Shown: piece by piece, positions 52,212-62,554 of the stretch
Layout: the number at the start of each line of letters is the position of its first letter
Position numbering within the stretch: position 1 is the first letter of the stretch
DNA from: an uncultured Candidatus Micrarchaeota archaeon
Lineage (GTDB): Archaea > Micrarchaeota > Micrarchaeia > Anstonellales > Bilamarchaeaceae
Assembly (NCBI GenBank): GCA_963714085.1
Contig: OY970229.1
Location: 1,120,001-1,184,000, forward strand
Length of the DNA stretch: 64,000 bases
Direction of reading: 5' to 3'
Notes under the pieces: model-generated
The model's database searches: none
What the model was told of the DNA's origin: nothing
The model's input: the letters and a program-made list of their open reading frames with translations, nothing else
Program-made: the position numbers and the translations under genes

Positions 52212-54185
52212 TTGACAGAACATAATCATACCCAGCCAGCGATAATCGTGAAGCCCGAGCTCAAATATGGCGGCCACATGATGAAGGTGTCCATGAAGTC
52301 GCCGGCCATCGTCCAATTCCCGGGCGGCCATCCTTTCTGCCAGGTCACAAGCGACGAGTTTCCCGACATGCTTGCGTCCCTGAGGGGCAAGATGCTGCCT
52401 CCGGACAAGGGTCCTTATGCGGATAACGAGAAAGGCGAACTCCACAAGATGGCCTTCCAGATGGCGGCTGCGGGCAAGGGCCGGCCCGACAGGCTCGAAG
52501 CAGAGTGCGAGTGGCTCATAGACGTGCTCCTTCCCAGGGGGGAAATCACCGGGGCGATTGGTGAGAAGAAAAAAGTCGACCTCTGGCCCATCGACGACGA
52601 GAGGAGCTTCGGGGACCTGCGTCTCATCGAGTGGAACGCAGCTGCCGGAGCCAGGCCGAGCTACCCGTTCATAACCTCCGGCAGCCTGCTGGGGCAGGAA
52701 ACAATCCAGATCGAAGGCAACGTCTACATGCCCGTCTTCTACGAAGAGGAGGCGCCCCTGGCCGGCGCAGGAGCCATACGCGCCCGCCACGAAGTGGACC
52801 ATACAGTGCAAGCATACCTGTCTCTCCTATACTGCAATGACGGCCTCCATAACGGCATCGCCGTCTTCCCGGACGACCATACGCTGCTTTCGTTCAGCAA
52901 CAGCAGGACGCACCGCGAGGTGAGGGCCATCGGCGTGCTCTCCGACCCCATGGTGATGGCCACTCAATGGCTCAGGAGGGCTGACCAGAAGCTGATACGG
53001 GAGACGGATTATGTCTCGAGGAAAATAGGTCTCCCACCGACAATCGAGAGAGATGAGAAAGGTCGGCCTATAGCCCACCGCATCATCGACGAGGAGTACG
53101 TGGACATTACAATAGCGATATTAAGGGCGATGGCGGCGCACGCGTCATTCCATTGCCTTGAGCACCCAGAACTGGAGACGTTCGACCAGAGATTCCGCGG
53201 CGTAAGGCTGGACTGGAAAAGCGCGCTCACCGCCCAACGCATCCAGTCCAGGCTCATGGATCTCCATAAGCGGCTGGAAGCCGAGGGCGTTGCACCCCAA
53301 AGGCCCGGTGGCATCCCGCCGGCCAATGTAGAGGCTTACATACTCAAGAAAATCGTTGAACCGCTCTGCTTCGGCTACTACACGTCCGGTCCTGACCACC
53401 CAAACATGGCGGAATGCCATGCCATGGTCTCGGGCTGCATAGCCGCGCTGCCAAGGTTCGGTTTCCCGGAAGAACGGCTTCCCGACCTGATTGCCCGCAT
53501 AGACGCGAAGATCGAAGCCATCAGGGGCACTGAGACCGCGCTGAGGATCGAGGCTGCCGACGCGGCGCAAGGGACCAATCTCCTCGCAGAGGCATACCTC
53601 AAGGACCTCGAGTCAGGCCTGGGCGAGCTAAGAGCAGCGCTCGAAGCAAGTTCAATATCCCAGGTCGAGGCGGTCAGGAGGGTGGAATCGATCACCGACA
53701 AGCTTGGCGAGGGCAGCCGGAGATGCGGCCTTGACCATGCCTTGATCGTGAACGGGAAAAGCCAGCTAGAGGCTTTCATCACAAAGACCCTGCCCACTCA
53801 CGAGTTCCCCCGGCGCACTGTCAAGGCGCTGTCCACCCGTCTCGATGACCAGTTCGACCCGAAGAGCGCGGTGAACATGGAGCACGAGGCTGAGCAGCGC
53901 AAGGAAGAGGTGTTCAATCGCGTCGCCCGGCTGGTACTCAGGCTGGCCTCAAATCCGCCACCTAAGATGAGCGAGGTGGTCGAAGTCGTAAAAGACATAA
54001 TCACCAACCTCGCGACCGACGCCGCCAGGTTCGGCCATGACAATGCGTCTATGAAAGCCGCCAATCAGCATATAATCGACTTTGTGCTTAAAATCCTGCC
54101 CAAGCATGGCGTGTCGGATGCGGCCCTGCGCGATATAAAGAGTTTTGCCAGGGAGAAGCTCAGCCCGCCTGCTGCGCCGAAGTGA
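52212..54185 (+). CDS. Large hypothetical protein with HExxH motif
   Basis: 657-aa ORF (start uncertain); ARHEVDH; helical C-terminal half. Confidence 0.7.
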   Translation: MTEHNHTQPAIIVKPELKYGGHMMKVSMKSPAIVQFPGGHPFCQVTSDEFPDMLASLRGKMLPPDKGPYADNEKGELHKMAFQMAAAGKGRPDRLEAECEWLIDVLLPRGEITGAIGEKKKVDLWPIDDERSFGDLRLIEWNAAAGARPSYPFITSGSLLGQETIQIEGNVYMPVFYEEEAPLAGAGAIRARHEVDHTVQAYLSLLYCNDGLHNGIAVFPDDHTLLSFSNSRTHREVRAIGVLSDPMVMATQWLRRADQKLIRETDYVSRKIGLPPTIERDEKGRPIAHRIIDEEYVDITIAILRAMAAHASFHCLEHPELETFDQRFRGVRLDWKSALTAQRIQSRLMDLHKRLEAEGVAPQRPGGIPPANVEAYILKKIVEPLCFGYYTSGPDHPNMAECHAMVSGCIAALPRFGFPEERLPDLIARIDAKIEAIRGTETALRIEAADAAQGTNLLAEAYLKDLESGLGELRAALEASSISQVEAVRRVESITDKLGEGSRRCGLDHALIVNGKSQLEAFITKTLPTHEFPRRTVKALSTRLDDQFDPKSAVNMEHEAEQRKEEVFNRVARLVLRLASNPPPKMSEVVEVVKDIITNLATDAARFGHDNASMKAANQHIIDFVLKILPKHGVSDAALRDIKSFAREKLSPPAAPK

Positions 54186-54192
54186 TGGGACC

Positions 54193-55212
54193 ATGCTATC
54201 AAGGCGAACATTCTTCTTCGGAACATTGGCCGCCGGAGCGCTCGTTGCCCAGCCCAAGATATGGCGGGCCATCCCTCCGGTGTACGCCGCCCACGCGTCT
54301 GCTTACGATCCTGATGTATTCCCGTTCAAGGCAGGCCCTCTTGTAAAGGCGATCGCGAAAGAGGTGAAGGCGGACACAGAGCTCCAAACCGCGAAAAACC
54401 TGCATTCGCGCCTCAAAGGCAGCGCAGCCGGAGGCCTCAAAGCCGTCGAGTCCAAGAAAACGTTCGGGGACGACCGGCCTCCGCGCAGCCCTGAGGAGAC
54501 GCTCATACAACGCTGCGGCGACTGCAGCGAGCTCGCCTACGTGGTGCTGAGCGCGGCAAAGGAGCTCGGCCTCGAGGCAGGGACGATAACGCTCGACTTA
54601 GGGAACGGCATACTCCACCTGCTCCCCTTCCTCAAGATAAAGGGCAAGAAATACATCATCGACCTCCAGACCGACGAATTCGGGAAAGGCAGCGTTGATA
54701 CGAGCTCAGGAAGGGTGGCATTCACCTACGAATCGCTGGGCGAGCCGGGCATGCCCAAAGTGCTGTGGGAGTCGACATTCGACCAGTCAGTCGGCCACTG
54801 GCACATGGAATGGGGCAACTACCTCAAATCCAATAAGGACCCGGCCAAGCTCAAGCAGGCGATCACCGCATTCAAGAAGGCGATCGAGCTCAACCCATTG
54901 GACACGCATTCGCCGGCTAAGCTGGACAACGCCTCGGTCTCGCTCGTGAACATCCTCATGAAGCAGGCGGACAAGAAAATCTCCGGCAAGACGAAGGACT
55001 GGCCGGGCGCGGCTTCGCTTTTCGAGGAAGCCATAAGCTACGCACCACTCACCATAACCAAGGAGCAGTTGGCATCGCTGCACCAGAGCGCGGGCACCTG
55101 CTCACACGAGTCTGGGAATCACGCCGCTGAAGCGGAGCATTACGAAGCTGCGTACGGTCTCACCAAAAACGAGTATTACAAGAAACTCGCCAACCAGGCC
55201 CGGGCCGAGTGA
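54193..55212 (+). CDS. Tat-secreted transglutaminase-like protein with TPRs
   Basis: LSRRTFF twin-arginine signal; GDCSELA...H...IID triad; C-terminal TPR-like repeats. Confidence 0.8.
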   Translation: MLSRRTFFFGTLAAGALVAQPKIWRAIPPVYAAHASAYDPDVFPFKAGPLVKAIAKEVKADTELQTAKNLHSRLKGSAAGGLKAVESKKTFGDDRPPRSPEETLIQRCGDCSELAYVVLSAAKELGLEAGTITLDLGNGILHLLPFLKIKGKKYIIDLQTDEFGKGSVDTSSGRVAFTYESLGEPGMPKVLWESTFDQSVGHWHMEWGNYLKSNKDPAKLKQAITAFKKAIELNPLDTHSPAKLDNASVSLVNILMKQADKKISGKTKDWPGAASLFEEAISYAPLTITKEQLASLHQSAGTCSHESGNHAAEAEHYEAAYGLTKNEYYKKLANQARAE

Positions 55213-55230
55213 AATAAAAATATTAAAAAA

Positions 55231-55917
55231 TCAGAATACTTTTTCTCCTACATAGACCTTGATCCCCGAAGGCGTCACCTTGAACGGCACCAGGTCGCGC
55301 GAATGAGCCGTGCCCCTCATCTTCATGATCTCGAGCGCCCTTATCCTCCGGTCCTCCTTGCCTATGTTGTAGAGGTTGATTATCCCGTCCATCACGAAGT
55401 GCTCTATGTCGTACTTCATCTCGTCCCTGGACGCGGTGACTGCCTCGACCGTCGTCATGCTGGTGCAGTCCAGGCCGCGCAGCAGTGAGAGGAACTCGAA
55501 GAGCGTCTGCCTGTACTCTATCTCGTTCTTGAAGGACATCCTTATCATGGTGGACGAGTCTATGACCGCCCGCTTCACGCCGTTCTCGGTTATGCTGTTC
55601 TCTATGATGCCGGCCACGTCCTCCAGGTCCAGCTTGTCGGGCTTGAGTATCTCTATCTTCTTGTCGTCTATGAGGTCCTTGACGTCGTTTATCATGGGGA
55701 ACGTGCTCGCCATGTTCTCGATTATGTCGTCCGTGGTCTCCTCAAGGGAGACATAGACCCCGGGCTCGCCCAGCTTAGCGCCTCTGTAGAGGTATTCGAA
55801 GCACAGCGAGGTCTTCCCGCATCCAGGCCCGCCGTATACGGCTATATGCCTCCTTGCCGGTATTCCGCCGTTTAGCATCTCATCCAGTCCCTGGATGCCA
55901 GTCATGACACGGTCCAT
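55231..55917 (-). CDS. KaiC-like ATPase, single domain
   Basis: TGIQGLDEMLNGGIP, GGPGCGKT, VIDS, KMRGTAHS. Confidence 0.92.
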   Translation of the reverse strand: MDRVMTGIQGLDEMLNGGIPARRHIAVYGGPGCGKTSLCFEYLYRGAKLGEPGVYVSLEETTDDIIENMASTFPMINDVKDLIDDKKIEILKPDKLDLEDVAGIIENSITENGVKRAVIDSSTMIRMSFKNEIEYRQTLFEFLSLLRGLDCTSMTTVEAVTASRDEMKYDIEHFVMDGIINLYNIGKEDRRIRALEIMKMRGTAHSRDLVPFKVTPSGIKVYVGEKVF

Positions 55918-55995
55918 AGTTGCACCTGCATCCCCTTATCCTACAATATTTATATGTGTTCGTTCAAAGATATCCGAAAGATGCGGGTGGGAAAG

Positions 55996-56973
55996 ATGAC
56001 CGATGCTGAGCTTGACATACTTCCATGGACTGAGAAATACCGGCCGAAGGACCTCGGCGCAGTGGCAGGGCAGACGGAGATCGTGAAGAGCCTCAAGGCC
56101 TTCGTGAAGATGAGGAACATGCCGAACCTGCTCTTCGCCGGCCCGCCAGGGGTGGGCAAGACCACCGCGGCCCTGGCGATGGCTTCGGAGATGTTCGCAG
56201 GCAACCTCCAGGGCAACTTCTGCGAGCTAAACGCCAGCGACGAGCGCGGCATAGACGTGGTGCGCGGCAGGATAAAGGACTTCGCCCGCTCCATGTCGCT
56301 CGGGGACGCGCCGTGGAAGCTCATATTCCTGGACGAGTCCGACTCGCTGACATCCGAGGCCCAGCACGCGCTCAGAAGGACCATGGAGTCCACGAGCGGG
56401 GTGACGAGATTCATACTCAGCTGCAATTACTCCAGCAGGATCATCGAGCCATTGCAAAGCAGGTGCGCGGTGTTCAGGTTCGCGCAGCTGCAGGAGCAGG
56501 ACGTGCGGAAGATGCTCGTGCACGTCGCGGAGAAGGAGAAGCTCAAGCTCGACGACGAGGCCTGCCAGGCGCTTTTCTACGTCTCAGAGGGCGACATGCG
56601 CAAGGCTCTGAACGCGCTCCAGGGCGCGGCGTTGCATTCATCCCACATCACGGCGGACCTGGTGCACAAGATCTCCAGCCGTGCCAAGCCCAAGGAGGTC
56701 GTGGACATGGTCCAGCTCGCCTTGGCAGGCGACTTCGCCAAGTCGCGGGAGAACCTCGACAAACTGGTGATCCACTACGGGCTGAGCGGAGAGGACATAC
56801 TGAACCAGGTGTACCGCGAGATACCCAACCTCAAGATACCCGAGAAGAAGAAGGTATTGCTCATGGACCGCCTGGCCGAGTACAACTTCAGGCTCGTGGA
56901 AGGCGCGAGCGAGCGCATACAGATCGAGGCCATGCTGGCGCAGTTCGTGTTAATCGGGGCAGAAGGTGCTTGA
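55996..56973 (+). CDS. rfcS: Replication factor C small subunit
   Basis: PWTEKYRP, GPPGVGKT, ELNASDERGID, QSRC. Confidence 0.96.
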   Translation: MTDAELDILPWTEKYRPKDLGAVAGQTEIVKSLKAFVKMRNMPNLLFAGPPGVGKTTAALAMASEMFAGNLQGNFCELNASDERGIDVVRGRIKDFARSMSLGDAPWKLIFLDESDSLTSEAQHALRRTMESTSGVTRFILSCNYSSRIIEPLQSRCAVFRFAQLQEQDVRKMLVHVAEKEKLKLDDEACQALFYVSEGDMRKALNALQGAALHSSHITADLVHKISSRAKPKEVVDMVQLALAGDFAKSRENLDKLVIHYGLSGEDILNQVYREIPNLKIPEKKKVLLMDRLAEYNFRLVEGASERIQIEAMLAQFVLIGAEGA

Positions 56974-57644
56974 GGGTGCTTCGGCCGGCGTTTCTCCTGC
57001 TCCTTTTAGTGGCGCTCTCCTTCGCCTATCCGTCCGGAGACATCGTCTTGACGCCGTTCGAGCACATGGATATGGGCAACACCAGCCAGCCCAAGTTCGA
57101 CGGCCTTGTCCTGAAGATGGATTGCAATGCCGGGACGCTGAAGATATACGCGTTGTCTGGCAATTCCCCTGTGGAAGGGGCTACGTCACTGCTCAAGTCG
57201 ACAAACTACGAGCAGCCGCTCATCGGCTCTGGCACCACGGATTCCAACGGGTACGTGGCCCAGCACATCCCAGGCAACCTATCGTTCTTCACGGGATTCT
57301 TCGTGCTCACCGTGGAGAAGCCCGGCTATGAGGAAAGGGAGGTCCATTTCGACATAAACGGCTGCTTCGGGAAGCCGTCGGGCCCCACCGTATACCTGCC
57401 TGTCACCGTGCAGCCGCCGGCTACCAAGAACGTCACACCTCCAGGCGTACCAGCCAATGCTTCGCAGCTGAATGCCACTCCGGGCAATGCGACCGGAAAC
57501 CCGGCCGGGAATGCGACCGTGAACCAGACAGCAACGGGAAACCAGACTGGAACCGCGGGCGCGATGCCGGCAATCCCGTCCTGCCCGCTGCCGCTGGCCC
57601 TGTTCGCAGCGCTCGGCGTCTGCTGGGTCAGAGTCCTGAAGTAG
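56970..57644 (+). CDS. Secreted glycoprotein with Pro/Thr/Asn linker and C-terminal TM anchor
   Basis: Signal peptide AFLLLLLVALSFA; clustered NxT/S sequons; ends SCPLPLALFAALGVCWVRVLK; start TTG 56970 or GTG 56976. Confidence 0.75.
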   Translation: MRVLRPAFLLLLLVALSFAYPSGDIVLTPFEHMDMGNTSQPKFDGLVLKMDCNAGTLKIYALSGNSPVEGATSLLKSTNYEQPLIGSGTTDSNGYVAQHIPGNLSFFTGFFVLTVEKPGYEEREVHFDINGCFGKPSGPTVYLPVTVQPPATKNVTPPGVPANASQLNATPGNATGNPAGNATVNQTATGNQTGTAGAMPAIPSCPLPLALFAALGVCWVRVLK

Positions 57645-57833
57645 CGATTCCGTACGAAAGCTCCGCTGTATAACATGCCAGACAGTCGTATGGTAAAAAA
57701 GAGCCGGGGTTTACACTCGGCATATCATCGTTCTTATTCGAGGAATAGGGGATATAATTGTATGAAAAAAATAAAGAATTAGTCAATCAACGCAGATTCC
57801 CGTCACCGGCGATCAAGCCGGTGGTTGTGAGTT

Positions 57834-57974
57834 TCAGAAGCGTGATTTCGGTTTGTAGCAGTTCCTGCAGTAAACTGGCCTTCCTTCGGTCGGTTTAAAG
57901 GGAACTTGACACGGCTGTCCGCACTTTGCACATACTGCATCGTACATCGGCCTGTCGCCACCTTCGTATGCCAT
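57834..57974 (-). CDS. CxxC-x17-CxxC small zinc-ribbon protein (46 aa)
   Basis: Not in ORF track; MAYEGGDRPMYDAVCAKCGQPCQVPFKPTEGRPVYCRNCYKPKSRF; AGGTGA SD. Confidence 0.88.
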   Translation of the reverse strand: MAYEGGDRPMYDAVCAKCGQPCQVPFKPTEGRPVYCRNCYKPKSRF

Positions 57975-58152
57975 TCATTTCACCTTATTTATTGGCGCTT
58001 ATGCGCCTTCCATGATAAGCCGCGTTTCTCTGAATCAGACTAGGATAATTTTCCAGATGCAATGCATCTACAAAATCAGGAATTTTACCCAATAGTTCGT
58101 TCAAAAGAACCAGCCTATCTGATATTATATATGAACGTCCTAGTATTTAAAC

Positions 58153-58989
58153 CTATCCCGTCGTCGGATGTCGTATTTTCTGCCGGGCTGCATAGCCCTC
58201 AACGCTCCTCAGGAACCTCAGAGCGGTCCTCAGATGGGCTAGCGGCATGCGCTGGTCCGGGGTGTCGAAATGGCCGTATACCACCGGTCCGAACGCGAAG
58301 GATGGCCATTTCCGCTCGTATACGCAGGCCTCGTCGTAGCCGTGGAAGCGCCGCGCCGCGACCTTCCTGTCCCTGAAGCGCCGCATGAAATCCGCGCTCA
58401 GCCTCTGAACCGCTGGCAGGGAGAAGCCGTCCAGATAGCAGTGGGTATGGTCGCCGGCGTCGAAAAGGCTATCGTAGCTCTTGGTCCAATCCAGCTTGTC
58501 CTGCGGATGCAATAATCGGGGATAAGTGACGTCCACGGCTATGCAGAAATCCGGCCTGATGCCGCGCCTCGTAAGCTCGGCAACGACCTCCCTGGCGCCT
58601 TTCGCGAACCTTTTCGGGTTCTCCTTTTCCGCCTCCTCAGAGGCCGTGAACACGTATATCGCACGGCCTCTCTTCGGGCCGCGCTGGGCGAGCAGCAGGT
58701 TGATATAGCAGCCCACGGCGTTATCCAGCACGCCGCTGAGCTCTATCCCTTTGCCGGACCTGCGGCTGCTGAAGCTTATGCGCCTGATGCGCGGGTCCAC
58801 GTCCAGATGCGAAGAGAACAGTATGGTCGGCTTCCCGGAGCCCTTTTCCACCCAGATATTCCCGTGCCGGTCTACGTTCGGATGGCAGCCCCGTTTTTGC
58901 AATTCCTTGAGTATATGGGCGTGCCTGGGGCCTTTCCGTGTATTGCCGTCGAACGGCTTCCTGGCTATTGCTCTTATCGCATCGACCAT
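58153..58989 (-). CDS. M20/M28/M42-type metallopeptidase
   Basis: SSHLD, GVLDNAVG, SEE, AVDVT, C-terminal His. Confidence 0.8.
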   Translation of the reverse strand: MVDAIRAIARKPFDGNTRKGPRHAHILKELQKRGCHPNVDRHGNIWVEKGSGKPTILFSSHLDVDPRIRRISFSSRRSGKGIELSGVLDNAVGCYINLLLAQRGPKRGRAIYVFTASEEAEKENPKRFAKGAREVVAELTRRGIRPDFCIAVDVTYPRLLHPQDKLDWTKSYDSLFDAGDHTHCYLDGFSLPAVQRLSADFMRRFRDRKVAARRFHGYDEACVYERKWPSFAFGPVVYGHFDTPDQRMPLAHLRTALRFLRSVEGYAARQKIRHPTTG

Positions 58990-59383
58990 TGGGTATGCCT
59001 ATAGGAAGCCGGCTATAAAAAGGATATTACCTGCCCAGTCTTGCCGAATAACCACTAAAAAGAGCGACTTATCAGGTAGATACCTCAACTGGCAGCCTTC
59101 TAAACGGAAAATCAGGTACCATTTGCAGTCCTGGTATTGCACATTCATCTAACAGCTGCTCGAACGGTATAGTGCCAGCTTTGAATCTGGGGTACGATTC
59201 TGCAAGTTTTTCCATATCAATGGGCCGCGGGTCTCGAAGAGTAATCCCTTCTTTATCCAACGGTTCTAAACAGACTGAAACCATGTGATGGTTGGTAAGG
59301 CCATAGTAAACATCCCATCCACCGGATACGATCTGCAGAAGTCTTGCTTGCCTGGTTTCTTCAACGCTTAAGTTTCCTTTTAA

Positions 59384-60680
59384 ATGCGTTAGGCCCGGGA
59401 AATCCAACGTCTTCAGACGTTGGATGAAAGGGCCTGATCTGCTCAGCTCCGTCGAGCACCGCGGAAATCCACCCGGGCAACGCTTATAAACGACCTTTCC
59501 GGCAAATCCTTATGAGAGTGACGCGGGCCTGGAAGTACCGGCTCTATCCTTCAAGAAGCCAGGAAAGGCTGCTGAACGACCAGTTCCACGAATGTAAGAC
59601 GCTCTGGAATTCCCTGCTGGAGCACACGAAGGAATACTACGAGGAAACAGGGAAATTCCCTACCAGGAAGCAGCTTTATCTTATGACAAAAGACACGGAA
59701 CTTTATTCCCAGGTAGCTCAGAACGTCGCAGACAGGCTTGTGAAATCCCTGAAGGGGGTGGTCGCCAGGAAAAAAGCCCGCAGGAAGGCAGGCTTCCCAC
59801 GGTTCAAATCATTTGAACGGGTGAAATCCCTGACCTATCCTCAGTTCGGTTTCAAGCTCAAAAACAAGCTGGAGCTGTCAGGGATTGGAAGCGTGGCAAT
59901 CAGGAAACACAGGGAGATGGATGGTGAGATCAAGACCCTGACCATAAAGAAATCCCCTTCAGGGAAGTGGCATGCGATTTTCACGACTGAATCCGAAAGA
60001 AAGATACCCGAGAGAAACAAGATGCCCAAGGTGGGTATCGACCTTGGGATAGAAACATTCGCGTATCTGAGCGACGGCTCAAGGATAGAGAATCCGCGGA
60101 ATCTCAGACTGGCAGAAGAACAGCTGAAGCTTGTCCAAAGGAGGATGTCTAATAAACGGAAGGGCAGCTCAAACAGGGCCAAAAACAGAAAAACGGTTGC
60201 AATCGCCTATGAAAGACTAACGAACAAGAGAAGGGATTTCCTTCACAAGGCAAGTCGTGCCCTTGTGGAGAATCATTCACTCATAGCCATGGAAGCGCTG
60301 AACAACGAAGGATTGGCGCGTGGTTTCCTGGCGAAAGAGGTATTGGACTGCAGCTGGGCGGAGTTCGCCGGCATGATCAGCTACAAGGCGGAAGGAGCTG
60401 GTTGCGAAGTCGTGCTGGTGAATCCCGCTTACACCTCCCAGAAGTGCAGCAACTGCGGTCTTATACAGAAGAAGTCGCTTGCGGAACGGTGGCATGATTG
60501 TCCTTGTGGGGCATCCATGCACAGGGACCTAAATGCAGCGATAAACATACTCCAACGAGCTACCGGTGGAACGCCGGGAAGTAAAGCCTGCGGAGAAGAG
60601 ACCTCTATCCGTTATAAACATAACGGGCAAGTATCTTCAATGAAACAGGAAGCCCACGCCTTTAGGCGTGGGTAGTTCAC
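59384..60680 (+). mobile_element. IS200/IS605-family tnpB-only element, copy B (1297 bp)
   Basis: Same ends, hairpins and length as copy A; preceded by TTTAA. Confidence 0.9.
59512..60675 (+). CDS. tnpB: RNA-guided endonuclease TnpB
   Basis: Close paralog of 38324-39487 with intact RuvC D/E/D. Confidence 0.95.
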   Translation: MRVTRAWKYRLYPSRSQERLLNDQFHECKTLWNSLLEHTKEYYEETGKFPTRKQLYLMTKDTELYSQVAQNVADRLVKSLKGVVARKKARRKAGFPRFKSFERVKSLTYPQFGFKLKNKLELSGIGSVAIRKHREMDGEIKTLTIKKSPSGKWHAIFTTESERKIPERNKMPKVGIDLGIETFAYLSDGSRIENPRNLRLAEEQLKLVQRRMSNKRKGSSNRAKNRKTVAIAYERLTNKRRDFLHKASRALVENHSLIAMEALNNEGLARGFLAKEVLDCSWAEFAGMISYKAEGAGCEVVLVNPAYTSQKCSNCGLIQKKSLAERWHDCPCGASMHRDLNAAINILQRATGGTPGSKACGEETSIRYKHNGQVSSMKQEAHAFRRG

Positions 60681-61214
60681 AATTCCGACTGGCGTGTGAG
60701 GGTTTTTTGCATATTCCGGAGATTGCGTGCTTCCCATTATCTTGTGCTCCTGGTACGTTTCGATATCCGTTCTGTACCCTATCTCCATCAATAACTGCTG
60801 AACGTTTTCATTGAGTTGCGAATATGCGGTTTGCTCGCTTGGAGGCACTTTTTGAAATAAACCATTTTCGTAAAATGCGGTTATTGCTGAGACAAAGTCT
60901 AATTTGTATGTCGTTGTCCTAGGATCGCATATTTGTTCTATAAGCAGTTTGACTCCCTTAAATTTTCCCGCATCACCAGGTCTGACTGCTCCAAGTATCC
61001 GCCTTAACTCCCCAATTAGTTCGACTTTTTTTCGCAGCTAATCGTTGCTCTATTGCCATATCTGGTACTTTGTGAGCATACATTTAAAATAGTCTTTATT
61101 TGCCCGAGCAATCGGTCATTTCCGGACTTCTCCAGCAAAGCTTTCCCGTCCGATTTAGCGCCAAAAGCCTCGATTTTACAAAACGCACATAAATCTTTAC
61201 GCGGAAATAACAGC

Positions 61215-62522
61215 ATGAATGTGAACAATAATGGCAACGGGAAGCCGAAACGCAAATTCCTTTTCGTATCAATCGAAGCGCTCATCGGCGACCTCGCATG
61301 GGCGGTCAAGAAGGAAGGCCACGAGGTGCGCTATTTCATAACCGAGAAGGAGCAGAAGGACGTGTGCGACGGCTTCCTCGAGAAAGTGGACGACTGGAAG
61401 GCGCACGTGGACTGGGCTGACGTGATCATCTTCGATGATTTCGGGTTCGGCGAGGATGCCGAGAAGCTGAGGAAGCAGGGCAAGCTCGTGGTCGGCGGCA
61501 GCGCCTACACCGACCGGCTGGAGATGGACCGGGAGTTCGGCCAGGCCGAGATGAGCTCAGTGGGCATATTCGTCATACCGCGCTGGAATTTCACCAATTT
61601 CGACGACGCGGTGGAGTTCATAAAGAAGAACCCGGACCGCTACGTGATAAAGCCCAGCGGCCTGGCGCAGAACGAGAAGGAGCTGCTCTTCGTGGGCCAG
61701 GAGGAGGACGGCGAGGACATACTGGACATACTCCAGCTCTACAAGAAGAACTGGGGCAAGAAGATAAAGTCGTTCCAGATACAGAAATACATATCAGGCG
61801 TCGAGGTCGCTGTGGGCGCGTTCTTCAACGGCGAGGACTTCATAATGCCCCTCAACGTCAATTTGGAGCACAAGAAGATGTTCCCGGGCGAGCTCGGGCC
61901 GAGCACAGGCGAGATGGGCACCGCGCTCTTCTGCACCAGCAGGAGCCCGATCTTCGAAGAAACGCTCGCGAAGATGAAGAGCAAGCTCGCCGCCTCGGGC
62001 TACGTCGGCTACATAGACATCAACTGCATAGTGAACTCCCGCGGCATATACCCCCTGGAGTGGACATCCCGCTTCGGCTATCCGCACATAAGCATACTCA
62101 TGGAGGGCATACTCAGCGAATGGGGCGAGTTCCTCTACGGGATCGCCAAGAAGGAGAAGCCGGAGCTGCGCGCCAAGAGGGCGTTCGTAGTAGGAGTCGT
62201 CGTCGCGGTCCCTCCGTTCCCGTTCCACGACCCTGACGCGTTCAAGAGGTACTCCGAGGACGCCACCATAATATTCAAGAAGCCCATCCACGAGGGCGTG
62301 CATCCTGGCGACGTGAAGTTCGTGGAGGACGACTGGCGACTGGCCGGCAACAGCGGCTACGCCCTGGTGGTCACAGGCTCCGGCACCACCATGGAGGAGG
62401 CCAGGAGCGTCGCCTACAACAGGATAAAGAACATAATCATCCCGAACATGTTCTACCGCACGGACATAGGCAAGAGATGGGGCGACGAGAGGGACAGGCT
62501 CATGACCTGGGGCTATCTCTGA
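61215..62522 (+). CDS. purD: Phosphoribosylamine-glycine ligase (PurD-like ATP-grasp)
   Basis: EHKKMFPGELGPSTGEMG, LEWTSRFGYP, MFYRTDIG. Confidence 0.82.
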   Translation: MNVNNNGNGKPKRKFLFVSIEALIGDLAWAVKKEGHEVRYFITEKEQKDVCDGFLEKVDDWKAHVDWADVIIFDDFGFGEDAEKLRKQGKLVVGGSAYTDRLEMDREFGQAEMSSVGIFVIPRWNFTNFDDAVEFIKKNPDRYVIKPSGLAQNEKELLFVGQEEDGEDILDILQLYKKNWGKKIKSFQIQKYISGVEVAVGAFFNGEDFIMPLNVNLEHKKMFPGELGPSTGEMGTALFCTSRSPIFEETLAKMKSKLAASGYVGYIDINCIVNSRGIYPLEWTSRFGYPHISILMEGILSEWGEFLYGIAKKEKPELRAKRAFVVGVVVAVPPFPFHDPDAFKRYSEDATIIFKKPIHEGVHPGDVKFVEDDWRLAGNSGYALVVTGSGTTMEEARSVAYNRIKNIIIPNMFYRTDIGKRWGDERDRLMTWGYL

Positions 62523-62554
62523 GCGTCTGGAAGGGCTTTACAAGAGGCATATCC

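Larger units (their letters stand above)
59072..61059 (-). pseudogene. Hypothetical gene (about 229 aa) split by tnpB element B and frameshifted in an A7 run
   Basis: Frames on both sides of the element rejoin in phase after its removal; one extra A in the run at 61026-61032. Confidence 0.75.

Noticed and set aside
57690..57770. Hairpin GCCGAGTGTAAACCCCGGC plus T tract on the minus strand as a small RNA
   Set aside because: Explained equally well as a terminator between convergent genes
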